A DNA stretch of 64,000 nucleotides from assembly GCA_011109175.1 (NCBI GenBank), contig RDEW01000015.1:1018868-1082867 (forward strand), given 5' to 3'. This document shows positions 1 through 11,924 of this stretch, piece after piece. Within the stretch, counting starts at the first letter, position 1; each line of letters starts with the position of its first letter. The notes below the pieces were generated by a model, which did not search any database, was not told the origin of the DNA, and was given only the letters and a program-made list of their open reading frames with translations. The position numbers and the translations under genes are program-made. This stretch comes from Dicyema japonicum (taxonomy: Eukaryota > Animalia > Dicyemida).

Positions 1-209
1 ACCTGGATCACTTAATTAGTTGGTTTACTCCTTTTTTCTCAGTGTTCCCTTTATTGGGTGTATTAAATAAATAAGAGGTTTTGACGCGAAAAATAACTAA
101 TTGGGTCAGGTTTAGACAGGAAAAAAATAGTTAATTGTGTCATCCGTTCAATATCTCAGACTTAGACTGAAGGTAACGTAGGCTTTTTCAGTAATTATTT
201 GGATATCAA

Positions 210-2700
210 TTAATTAAATTAAACAGCACTTTCACAGAATCAAAGAACGTTATATTAACTAAAGTCCCATTTGTGCCACACGTTTCAAAATCTGCTTCAC
301 TAGGCGTCTCCATCGCCTTCTGCTTTGCGCATCTATCCTTAGATCTCTCAGGTCTTCTGCAGATTTAAATTTTCTTCCAATTCCATTAAGATCCTTGTTC
401 AGAGCCATAGGTAGAGTGACTCTGGGTCTTCCTCTGAATGATGGTTTGTTATCATTGTTAAAGTAATTGTCAATTATAATATTTGCAGGAGCGTTTATGT
501 CCATTCTAAGCACGTGCCCAAAAAGTCTCCATCTTGATTCAATAATGTCGATGCTTATTGGCCTCGATTGTGCCACAGAGTATAATTTCTTCTTTTTGGG
601 TCAACCTAGGCCCACTAAATTGCGTAATTTTTTTATGAAATATATCCATTTCCTTGAGCTTTAGCTCTGTGACCCCCATGTACCCGAGTTGTATATAAAC
701 ACCAGTTTTATATCTGCGTTATATAGTCTTATTCTTAGATTTGTTTTTATTAGTTTTCGTCGACTCCATATCTTCTGCATTTTCTTATACATGGCAGTGG
801 CTAACATTCTTCTATACATCATGTCCTCACTATCACTAAGTAAGGATTCCAATTTCCTTTTTTTCATCCATTTTTCATCAATATTTTTTAATTCCCTTGT
901 GATTTTTATGTGTTCAGTCTTTTCCTGACTAACTCGTAGAGACCAATTCTTTAATTCTCCAGAGATTTTCTCTAAAGCAAGTCCAATTTCCAGATCATTT
1001 TCTGACACAAAATCTATGTCATCTGCATATATAATTTCCATCGGCATGCATCCTTCACATTTTGTTCTAAGAGCTCTCAATGCCGCTTCCAGGTATACGA
1101 AGAATAGAACCGGAAATATAGAGTCTCCCTGAGGTATTCCAACTGTTGTCCCGAAAGGTTCGATATTGTGTTCCCAACTCGTTCAGTCAATTCAATGTTA
1201 GATAATAGAAAACGGACAAGTCTTGTGTTATCCTCATCAAGGAAACTCTCAGCAACGTCCAACAATGTTTTTCTGTTGACAGTGTCAATCGCACTGGACA
1301 TGTCCACTCCCAAAATCTTAAAATCACTCCTGTATCGTTGAAACATGGCACATATCCACCTGTGGGACCAAACAGCATATGCGGTCGAACATTCCTTTCT
1401 GAACCCACTCTGTCCCGGCGACAAAAATTCATTAACATCAGAAGAATCCGACTAAGGGTTATCAAAGATAGTATCTTCCTCAATGATCCTAGTAATATCA
1501 CAGGTCTTAGATTTTTTATCGGTCCTTTGCTCTTTCCTGGTTTATGCAGAGGAATCAAAATTCCATCACCAAGTTTCAAGGGGAATTCGTCTCAAATACC
1601 TTATTGAAAATCTTTGTAATTAGGGTTGTCAGTTCGCCTGGTGCATACTTGATCATTTCTCCATGTATGTTGTCTGGTCCCGCTGCCCTGTTGTTGTTTA
1701 ATTTAATGATTGCCAGGTTAGTTTCCTCTGTAGATATCGGTAGATTCAGGCTTCTTGGTGATTTCTCAAATGGGTTCACATCTGAGGTTTAATTTTCATT
1801 CAAAAGTCCTGAAAAATGTTTGGCAATAATCTTAGTTTTTTCTTTATTATCTAATACATTTCTTCCTTGACTGTCGTGAATACAAATATTCGTAGGTTGA
1901 ACTCCCCTCTGCAAAAGGCGAACTGTTCGAAACATTTGCGTTCCGTATCCCAACTTCTCAAATTCACTGACACGTTCTTCAATTTTCCTGACATAAATTT
2001 CCTTCTTCCTCCTTCTAATTTCCTAGACACTACGATTTCTTTCTCTTCTTAACTCGTTGTAAGTATCATTTTTTGTACGATTCCATTCTCAGCCGCAATT
2101 TTTTTTGTTTAATTGATAATGATCCAATTTCGTGATCGAAAACCCCTTTAAATCCTGCCGGCAATTTTCCCCAAGCACGTCGAAATTTGCCTTTTTTATT
2201 CCATCAACAGTATCATTCCAAATCATCTCTGGGGGATTTTCCATATTTATGTCCGCAATCTCTTTCTTAATTGCCATACAATAATCTTCACGCGTCTTCA
2301 CACATAAGCATAATTTTTCCACAATGAAACGATCCAGATAAGCTCTCTTCTTTCTAGCTCCATCTATTCCGAAATATCTTTTCATTCTGAATCGTGCAAC
2401 CAGCAGTTTATGATCACTATAAGTGATGGTGTCTCTATAGCTGTGGGAGTCTGTTAGTAAAGCACGAAGAGATCTTTTACACATAACATAATCAATTTGG
2501 TCACCATTTCCATCCTTTCTGAGTCCAGTCCACGTAGTCTTATGCCTCGCATTGTGGTCGAATGCAGAATTACAAATGAAGTAGTCAAACATGTTACAAA
2601 ATTGCACGAGCGATTTCCTGACATATTCCTCCTCCCTGGAATGTCTACCCATACAGGGTTCTCTCCATGGACAGTGTCCAGGGTTCTTTCTATGTCACTT
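210..2700 (-). mobile_element. Degenerate RTE-like non-LTR retrotransposon (APE endonuclease + RT), frameshifted
   Basis: APE motifs (HKTTWTG, QIDYVM, YSDHKLL) at 2089-2652. RT motifs (AAGPDNI, LHKPGK..NLRPVILL, ILGVDMSSAIDTV, IIYADDIDF) at 661-1779. RTE C-terminus RWRLFGHVLR..GRPRVTL at 259-576. Confidence 0.92.
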
Positions 2701-2704
2701 TAGT

Positions 2705-3432
2705 ATTCTAATCACCACACAAAAAGGTCATAAACAAGCCTTTGAGATCAGAGATGGTATTTGTTAGTGACATATAAAACAGATCAAGTTCATCGGGATT
2801 TGTAGAAACCCGTAATCAGTTTATAATAAAGCTTTGTCTCGTCCATATTTTAAATTTTGTCTTTTTTATAATGTTGGAAATTTCTTCAAAATGATCTACA
2901 AATCCTTCTAAGTCAAGTTGTTTGTAGTTATCATTTCCTCATCTAATTTATGCATTCGAAAACCATGTCTTTTTTTAATCTTGCAAGAAATCAATTAAAT
3001 TCTTTAAATCACTAATTGATAACTTTTCAGCAATATTTTGTGCTTTATTTAATATTAGTGCATCATTTAACAAAGCACACAAAACAAATCAAAAATACCC
3101 TTAGGGTCCATCAAATCCATCTATTCAACAAGCTTAGTTTCAAGTTCAGGAAATTTTAACGATATGCATGTCTTTGTTGAAGGAATATTAGTTTAGATGT
3201 TTTTAATATGGACTCTCGTAAATTTTTTAGTTTGAAATTTTGATTTTTAATAAAATAATTGAAAAAGATTAGTAAAAATAATTTTTATGTTCTTAATAAT
3301 ATTTTTTTGAGAATTGGCCAATTTCTTAGGAAAATTGGCTTTTTTGAACTCCTGACGTGAACTTTTACCCATAAATTGGCAAATTTGTGAATTGGCCAAT
3401 TTAATGATTGGCCAATTAGAGGGACTTCATTG
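2705..3432 (-). mobile_element. pogo/Tigger-like DNA transposon, 5' fragment
   Basis: Minus strand reads KFPELETKLVE..ILNKAQNIAEKL..KKRHGF (CENP-B-type HTH), then DELDLFY (degenerate DETGLFY). Terminus TA|CAATGAAGTCCCTC at 3432, with repeated ATTGGC(C)AA subterminal motifs at 3313-3417. Confidence 0.7.
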
Positions 3433-3478
3433 TACATTATTTAAATAAAATTTAAAATCCATAAATTAATTATACAAA

Positions 3479-3520
3479 CTGGCCGCGTAGCGCTATGTGG
3501 TGCTATGTGGCTAGTTGGTC
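3479..3520 (+). repeat. Isolated head fragment of SINE family A
   Basis: gccgcgtagcgctatgtggtgctatgtggctagttggt aligns to the 5' head of the 43705-44042 element (gccgagtggcgccatgtggtgcttcgtggctaattggt). Confidence 0.7.
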
Positions 3521-4011
3521 ATAAATTATTTTATTTCCACTAACTGAGGAGACGCCCAATGCCTGGCCGGAATCAAGAGGATCCAATTATTCTTCCCTTG
3601 ATGACAATGTCGTTACCTGAAGACAAGTTCTGGAATGCTGGAACGAGTCAGGATTATTGAGTTAGTTTGGTTACCCTTGGTTATTGGAATAATTTTAATT
3701 TAATTGTGAGAATGCTCCAATTAATAGGTTTTTGAAAATAAAATTAGTAATATTTTCCAGTTTAATCGTTGATAAATCAATAATAAGTGAATATAATATT
3801 TCAATAATAATGAATAATGGGCTCTGAACTCGGAGGTGACGTCGAAGAGGAACCAAGAGAAACAGCTGTCCTGTCTAGTGATTTGTTTTCTCAAATGGTA
3901 TACGAGGGGAACAGTGAGGGTGATACAAAATGGCAATGCCCAAAGAGGAGAATAATTCAGCTTGCATAGTGTTAATTAATTACAATTGATTTTCTTTGGT
4001 TTTAATTATAA

Positions 4012-4747
4012 ATGAATATTCCCACGTATATTGCTGAAAAAAGCAATATTATTACAGCATTATTTAGTGGAAAAATTGATGTTACGTACAAAATCAAAAA
4101 TATAGATGTAATCATGCAATATTAATAATAGATCCATGAAAATTTAAACAACGCTAATTTTTGTTTCGTAAATAACAAAAATCGTATTTTTATACTTAAA
4201 TGGAATAAAAATGATATAATCTTTATAATATATCTTTATGTCTTCCCTGATTATTTTGTTTTCATGTGGCAATTTTTGATATCAAATAAACGTAATGTTA
4301 ATGGCTAATCGTTAATTTTAGCTTTGGGTATGAATGATCATCCATACAGTATCCCAGTTGATGACTTTCATGGCCTAAATATTATTTGGAATAATTATGA
4401 ATTAAAGAAATGAAGATCCAAGTATACAAAAATAATCCAAAATTTTCTGTAAATGGTAATTTTGAAAATTAACTGAGATAGAAATCGATTGTAAAGTTGC
4501 TTATGCCAAATATAAAGAAATTGAGAAAAATGAGAAAATAAATAGAAAAAGTAATTTTTATTAAATATTTGCAACCAGATCGTAAACTTTACGCATCAAA
4601 AGTACGTGAAATGAAATCATCAGTAAACCAGGTACAATTTATTGGTCACGAAAAGTAATGTGAATTAAATTATTTAAATTAGAGATTAACAGTCGAATTA
4701 ATAAAGTATGGTTTCTGGTTTATTCACAATTTGAGATTATTATGTAG
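4012..4747 (+). CDS. Putative intron-rich gene of unknown function (model uncertain)
   Basis: ATG at 4012 and several regularly spaced GTAAT...AG segments of 22-30 nt (e.g. 4108-4131) resembling introns of the verified genes. Splices to MNIPTYIAEKSNIITALFSGKID... but my model hits a stop near 4411. Confidence 0.35.
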
Positions 4748-4889
4748 ACTGTTTGTATTGCTTTATATATTAGTGTAATTAGGACGATGTATCTAGGGAA
4801 TCTTCAAATGCTTAATATATTTCTTTCCACTTTCAACTGTCTAAAATATTTTTATGTAATATTTATTATCGAGGTTATCTCATATCATC

Positions 4890-5125
4890 ACATAAGAAAT
4901 AAGAAAAAATACGAAGCGTTGCACGATCGGTTCACGTTCTGCCTCATCGTAGTTGGAGACAAAAGGAGGAATAGGCGGGAAATCTCTCCGTTTCCTAAAG
5001 AAACTGAGACAGATAGCTACACTAAAAAGTACGTGAGAGTCGGTGGATTCTCCATTTGATCTCTGTTGCGATCGTGAGAGGTAACACAACGTCGATTATG
5101 TTGGCGGGGATCATTTTTGATTTAT
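4890..5125 (+). mobile_element. CRE-like retrotransposon 3' fragment
   Basis: KKYEALHDRFTFCLIV and the end gcgatcgtgagaggtaac..gatcatttttgat, near-identical to 59870-60100. Confidence 0.8.
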
Positions 5126-7449
5126 TTTTTGGTTAATAAACCATATTCATTTTTTACAAACTACTTGAACTCGTTTTTACTCGGTAAAACAAATCGTTTG
5201 TATGGAAGGTTTTCGTCCTAGTGTTTTGTCATCCACATGGACTCGAATGGGACGAGAAAACTCAAAAATCAGAGAATATATAAATTTAAATTATATAATT
5301 TTTGTTATTTTAATTATTCAAAGAGGATATAATAATTATATAATTATTAATATATAAAGAATGCACAAAAAATCATAAAATATTTCCTTCACTGGTGGTT
5401 TATTCCTAAGTTTCGATTTAAATAACGTATTTTCCTCTATAATCACACTTCTTATAACATAATCAAACAATATTTGAAAACTTCATATTTTCAATCAAAA
5501 TAACACAATTTCTACAATTTGACGAAATTATTTATCAAAACATAATTATAAGATTAATACACTAAATCCCTCTTAATGTTGGACTTAATTATTTGAAAAA
5601 TTTATTCATGCTTTTGACAACAAAACAGTTATGCTGCTAAGAGATCCACAGGTAAATTATATTCCGCGATATCATTTTCCGCTTTTAATAGCTTTATATA
5701 AAGTCCAAGAATCCAGTGAGCACCTTCGTTCCGTAAACTACTTTATAACATGCATGGTACTTCATAATTGTAATTCAAATATACACCTCGTCGGCTGCAA
5801 AATTATTGTCTATAATTCTACACGTGCCGGGTCCATATTTCTCTTGGAGAACAATTTGCATTCATTTAATAATTTCGTTCCAATACCTCCTTTGTCAACA
5901 ATGTAAAAGCAGTCTGAGTGATTAAATAGCTTTTAAGACTATAAAGCGGAACATGCATAATAAAATCCACTTCTGGGATCCTTTTTTGTAGAATACGTCA
6001 ATATCTCAATTTTAACATACTTACTATGAAAACCCTACTTTTTGGGAGAGTAAGTTAATTTCGACGATTTTTACTAAAGAAACGTTAGACGATGCAATAT
6101 TACAGATTATCTTTGCCTACTTTTATTTTCATACTATCGAACACTATTCTCATGAGTTTCCACGTCATCTAGAGTTTTTTAGTTAAAATGCGATTATTTC
6201 CCATTAAAAATAAATAAAAACTTATTAAAATTGAAATATTACTATTTTGAATATTTTTATTGGTCTAAAATAAGATTACATTCACTACCACTCAATGAAA
6301 TATTTATATTAGTAAAAAATCAAAGTTGATTGCAACTTGAGCATTCGAGTATCTCCTAATGCAGAAATATTTAAGGAAATTTAATTATCAAATAGATCAC
6401 TGAGAGCTATATGTTGATTTGAGATATTTCGAAGAACAAATTTATCGAATATAAATTAAATATCAAAACTATACTCATCAGCTACCACTATTCGTACGTT
6501 TGAGAGATTTTCTGCCAATCTCTTCATAATCTACAAAAAATACTATTTTCCTAGGGAAATATAATTTCAACTCATTTTAACATACCTTTGTTTCTGAATT
6601 GTAACCTCAACTTTTTCCATTGACCCCAGAGTTGAAATGTATCGTAAGAATCCTTGATGTCAGTAAACTTGTTCGACTATAGAGATTTTTCAATAATTGG
6701 GAGACCCAAAAAAGAATTGAAATTAAATTAAGTATCTATTGAGTGACAGCAACGCTCGAAATCTAGAACATCTGATTCCTCCAATTTATTCAGATTTTTA
6801 TTTTTTAATCGAAAATAAAATAATCTTTTATCCAAGTTTAAGCTTTGGGAGATAAATTAAGAGTATTTTTATCCAAAAAATTCTAACTCTAAAATTAGAA
6901 AGTTGAGTCGCTGCAAATGCTAAAATATTAGTGTCTGATTTATGCTTGCTTCTCAGTGATGTGAGTCTGTTCTCCACGCAAGGAGAGCTTCAGGGACCTC
7001 GGACATTGTTTATGCTTCCCTCAAATTACTTGGAAATCTTATCTCAGCACCCTCAGGAATGATTAAGTTCTTCAGAGTCTTCTAAATGATAACGAATGTA
7101 TATGTGCAATTACCCTCTCGCCTCACCAGTCACTAAATTGATATACAACATTAACCTGATAAATCGTAAATATTAAGTCACTTTACCCTAAAACAGTTAC
7201 CAAATTCATTGCAACACTAAAAAAATCAAAATATGTGAAGAATCTCACTAGAAAATTCTCTAAAGGGGAATTAAAACCATCCAGGTTGAACACGAGCCGT
7301 TAAAGACGTTAAAGCCGTTAGAAATCAATAATTTTTAATGAAAAATAAATCAATAAATTAATTAATTCCTATTTTTAGTAATTTTAATAATTTAAATTTC
7401 TCACAAATTTTCATTTTCTTAACTATTATTAGGCTCGTATTCAATAACC

Positions 7450-8715
7450 TATCTGAGATATCAAATTTTACCATCCAATTTGCTGAAGGAGAAACGATAT
7501 TTCATAAGAACTGCGTCATTATTCAGACTAAAAGACTCATTGCCGGCTCAATACTTTTTTGTGGAATTTTATTGCACGTGTTCCTTGTAAAGAAGATGAA
7601 CAGAAGAGGATATTTATTGAAAATGTTCACCTCAAAAATGGACATCCTGGTCGTGATAGACTTCTTTCTCTTTTAAAGAATTTAGTCTATGGATCTTGCA
7701 GAGATGAAGTTATGCTTGTTCTCAGGTCTTGACGACTTATGAACACTCGACCAAGTACAACACCTATCAGAGCATATACAGTGAGAGAAAGGTACTAGTT
7801 ATCTATTCTAATATCAGGTATATTTTTGATTTAGTTGATCTACGACAATATTCAAATTTCAATGAAAATTTTTGCTGGCTTTTGGTTGGGTTGGATTCTT
7901 TTTCTAAATTTTGTTGGACAAGACCTCTAAAGACTAAATCGGCCATGGAGGTGTCAAGTGCAATAAAAAGTATAATTCTAATGTTTGGAAAACCAACCAT
8001 TTTGCACACGGACAATGGCAAGGAATTTGTAAATGAAAAAATGTTCGAGTTATGCTCAACATATGGTATAAAACACGTCAGGGGGTGTCCTAGGTGTACA
8101 TGGGTGCAGGGACAAGTAGAGCGTCTGAATCAGACATTGAAATTTATCATTTCTTCAAAAAATTTGAATTCCAAGTGGATAGACATAATTGAAGAAATTA
8201 CAAGTTCCTATAATTCTGTCCAGCATTCAACAACTTTGCACGCTCCTTTTAAACTGATGTTCGGAGCTTCTGCCAATGAAACCATAAATAATCAATACTC
8301 AGAAGAGGAAATGAATGAAATATTCAAGCAAATTGATTCATGGAATGAAGAAACACAAACTGAAGCAACTGAATATCTTGCATGGTTTTGGTCATCAAAT
8401 GAAACTTCGAGAACAAAAGCAATTTTAAATTCAAACAATGCTGAAAGAAAAATGTTAACAAAAAAATGTGGAAGAATGATATTTATATTTTTAACATCGG
8501 TGATCGAGCTGTTAGAAGGGTCATTTTGATAATAATAAAAAACACGAAAAATGGCTTAAACGAAACACATTGATCCATTCATATATGTTAAAGGAGTATC
8601 TGCCACAGAATGATTGATCTAGAGGAAGATGCAATTTGACAAGACACAGCAGTAATACACAATTTAAATTGAAATGGCAAAAATCACCAATGTTACTAAG
8701 AGAAAAAGTATCCAT
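7450..8715 (+). mobile_element. Ginger2/TDD-like DDE integrase (KRBA2/SCAND3-type), decayed
   Basis: ORF 7729-8529 has DLVD, HTDNGKEF and QGQVERLNQTL with exact D(35)E spacing. HLKNGHPGRD zinc-binding motif lies upstream in another frame. No adjacent RT/RNase H or LTRs. Confidence 0.8.
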
Positions 8716-8720
8716 TAAGT

Positions 8721-8757
8721 CAGGGGTGTCGAACTCATTTCCCTTTGAGGGCCACAT
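8721..8757 (+). mobile_element. Orphan hAT terminal inverted repeat
   Basis: CAGGGGTGTCGAACTCA...GAGGGCCACA is a typical hAT/Charlie end, preceded by cattaagt (nnnTAnnn). Confidence 0.6.
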
Positions 8758-8759
8758 TG

Positions 8760-10560
8760 ACAAGCTGATAGTCGGCTCGATATACTGGTTGTAGAGATGC
8801 TCCAATGCCGAGTTGTAAGATCTTCTGTAATGTCCAAAAAGGACCTTCACGAAGTTTCTTTGGGAAGAAGATATCATATTATTTAATGCGTCCCGAAAAT
8901 CATCAGGAAAAGTCATTTAGTAACGTTTTTCTGCTATTTGAAAGCGACGTCCTAGCTGCGTTGCGCGTCGTTGGCAGCGACGCTTGAAGTGATTGAACAG
9001 CTAAGACGAAAACGTCAATGTCCCCCGGCAGATTATCGTTAATTCGTGCTCCCGGGAAATTTGCCAAGAACGACTGTCAGCGAAGGCGAAGTGCGGCGTT
9101 TGCGACGAGTAGCAGTGGAAATCTCGATTGCTTGCGGCCAGGTCACATCAAGGATCTCACGGTCGGAACTACTGTAAAAGTTGACTGCAACCTTATGAAA
9201 TCAATTACAAAGCTGGTTATGTGTATTTTGAACAGATATATTCCTACTCACGCAAGGAAGTTTTTTTAGCGCACATCTACTGGCCTTCAACAAAGCCGAA
9301 GGTAAGATCCGCCCCATCGCGGTCGGAAACTATTTCAGAAGGCTGACTGCTAAAATTGCATGTAGCATTGTCTGTCCGAGAATATCTGAAGAATTTTCCC
9401 CCTCCAACTAGAAGTCAGTGTAAGGAACGGATGTGAGGCGGCGGTCCATGCTACGAGGTGCTTTTTTGGACAGAAAGACGGACAAAACCTACACATTAGG
9501 GTCAAGCTGAACATCTATAATGCCTTCGATTGACTGCGGAGGGATCAAATTCTCGAAACTACAAGCTTCGAGCCCCGGAACTTATTCCACTCGTCTACCT
9601 CGCTTATGGAACCAACTCTCCACTTGTTTTCGGAGACAGGATTATCTTTTCGGATACTGAAGTCCAACAAAAGAACCCACTTGGTTCATGTGGTTGAGTT
9701 TTTTAACTCGGTACTACCTAAAATTACTGTAGTACCTAGGGAGCGGACATACTTTCTTGGGTTTTCACTTGAGAAAAAAAACTGCGGAGTTATTTACTAA
9801 CAAAAGAGGATGTTTCTAAAGTTACGGAGAAACTCTCTTTACTCGATGCTCATGCAGCGTTTTTTTTGAAGGATAGCATCGGCTTGTCCAAACTCTCATA
9901 CGCTCTCCGTGTTCTCCCTGGTTCAAGCATGTCACTGGATAGGACATTGAGAAAATCAGCCGAATCGCTTCTAAACATCTACTTTGACGTGCCGAGTTGG
10001 AATCAATGTAAGCTTCCTACACGCCTCGGAGGTACGAATCTCAGGTCGGCGCTGAAGATCGCTTTTTCAGCATATCTGTCGTCGCTCTCAAGTGGAAGTC
10101 TTTTGGTCCAAGATATCCTATGTTTTCCAACCGGACTTTTTTGGGAAAAATTCTTCGACGAAGCTCGTCGCGAATGGTGTGAAACTAGTTTTGATACGCC
10201 GAACGATCCTTCGAGGCAATAAGACTGGGATGAAATCTACTCCGAGAATATCTTCGACGTGCTATAGTCTGAGGCCAACCAGCATCGTCTTACATGCCTC
10301 GTATTCACCGTCAACCATGGGTGCGGAGCATGGCTGGATGCATTCCGTGTTTCTCTCTGGGGACCTTTTTGGACGATAACTGTATTCGGGTTGGGATCGC
10401 ACAGCGCCTGGGAGTTGATTTATTGGCCATCGTAAGAAAGACGTGGGGGAAGCGGTTTGGCTGAGGCGACGAATTGAGATTTTAGTTGTCCGCGGAAACG
10501 CTTACCCCTTAATTTCAGCAGCCGCTCTTTCCCGTTATTGTTAATAAATTATCATTATTA
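8760..10560 (+). mobile_element. CRE-clade (RLE) non-LTR retrotransposon, degenerate
   Basis: SSGNLDCLRPGHIKDL, IRPIAVGNYFRRLTAKIA, GCEAAVH, KLPTRLGG, GAWLDA. Same family as 62050-64000. Confidence 0.88.
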
Positions 10561-10599
10561 TCAACCCAAGAACAATAGTTAACTTAATTACTAAATTAA

Positions 10600-11840
10600 T
10601 TAAGTGATTTCGAAGACCTCTATCAGATTTCTCATTTTTTCCTTGTGCTCTTTCTGAGATCCAACGCGACTTCTAGGTTGGCGGGGTGGTTTGGGGAATA
10701 GGAATTGGAAAGGGGTGATGTATACCCTTCTCATAAGACACATCGTGACTGTGTATTGTTGAGAGTTTCAATGCCTGCAAAGGGTTGCAGATCTCTTTCA
10801 ATTTTGTCGGATGAGGTCTTCTAATGATGAAGGGATTTGTTTTTTTAGTTTCCCAAGATTACTATTAGTAGTGGCTGTTAAGGTCTGAATGTTGCGGATT
10901 CTTTGTTTGTTCGTTCAGGACAGATTGATTCCCTATGACGCACAGGCATAGCTGACAGATGACTCAATGAATTGTTTGTACAATAATTTCAATACTGGGA
11001 AAGGAGTCTTATGCCACGATAAATAGATTTGATTATTCCTAATTTTCTTTAGCAGCTTTCGGAGACGCTGTAGACATCAGAGGAAAGAGACTTGTGTGTG
11101 TCGAAGGTGATCCCCAAGATTTTTAGTTTCTTCGTGAAAGGTATTTTGGTCTGGTTGATAAATATATCCACGGTCATTTTTCCAAGTCGTTTGTCTGCGG
11201 TAAATTAGAATGAAGATGGTTTTCCAGTAGATATATAAGCCGGTAATAATTTAGTCAAATTTGAATTTTGTGAAGGTATTCTTGTAGTTTTTCTGATGCC
11301 TTTAGGAGATCTTGATCAGGGGATCCGACTAATAGGTCATCAGCCTATTATAGGAGGAAATCGTCTTTATAATATAGTTGTGGTAAATCGGACATGTATA
11401 AGTTAAATAAAGCGGGCTATAAAAAGGAACCTAATGGGACACCATCTTGAAACTGATTTGGTCCTCTTCCATTGATGAAGTTAGCAAGCCAGAGTTTTAT
11501 ATTGGGTTGACGGAAAGGCCAAACAATTTCAGGGTTACGATTTTCCTAGAGACAGAGTCGAAGGCATTTTGTAAATCGATCGAGCAAATGACGGTTTTGA
11601 GGTGGCTAGGATTTGTGTTAAAGCCTTCAAGGGTAAATTGGTTGAAGGAAGTGAGGTGGATAGAATCGCACAACCCCTTCTGCATCCATGTTGTGAGGAT
11701 GAAAAAGGAAAGGACTAAGAATCAATTTTCCAATTATAAGATTAAAAATCAATATTCCAATAATTTTGAGTCCATAGTAAAGAGATTGGTCGAAATGATG
11801 CAGGATTGTCCTTAGGCTTCCCAGGATAAAGGATTGGACA
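10600..11840 (-). mobile_element. jockey/I-like LINE RT, degenerate
   Basis: YVQSFILG, VICSIDLQNAFDSVSRKI, GVPLGS, LFNLYMSDLP, KILGITFD on the minus strand. Confidence 0.8.
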
Positions 11841-11924
11841 TATATAGGACGTTTCCAGATAGTTAGAATTGTATTCATGTTTATTGAATAGTTGAAATCA
11901 ATAAATAATATATCCGACATAAAA

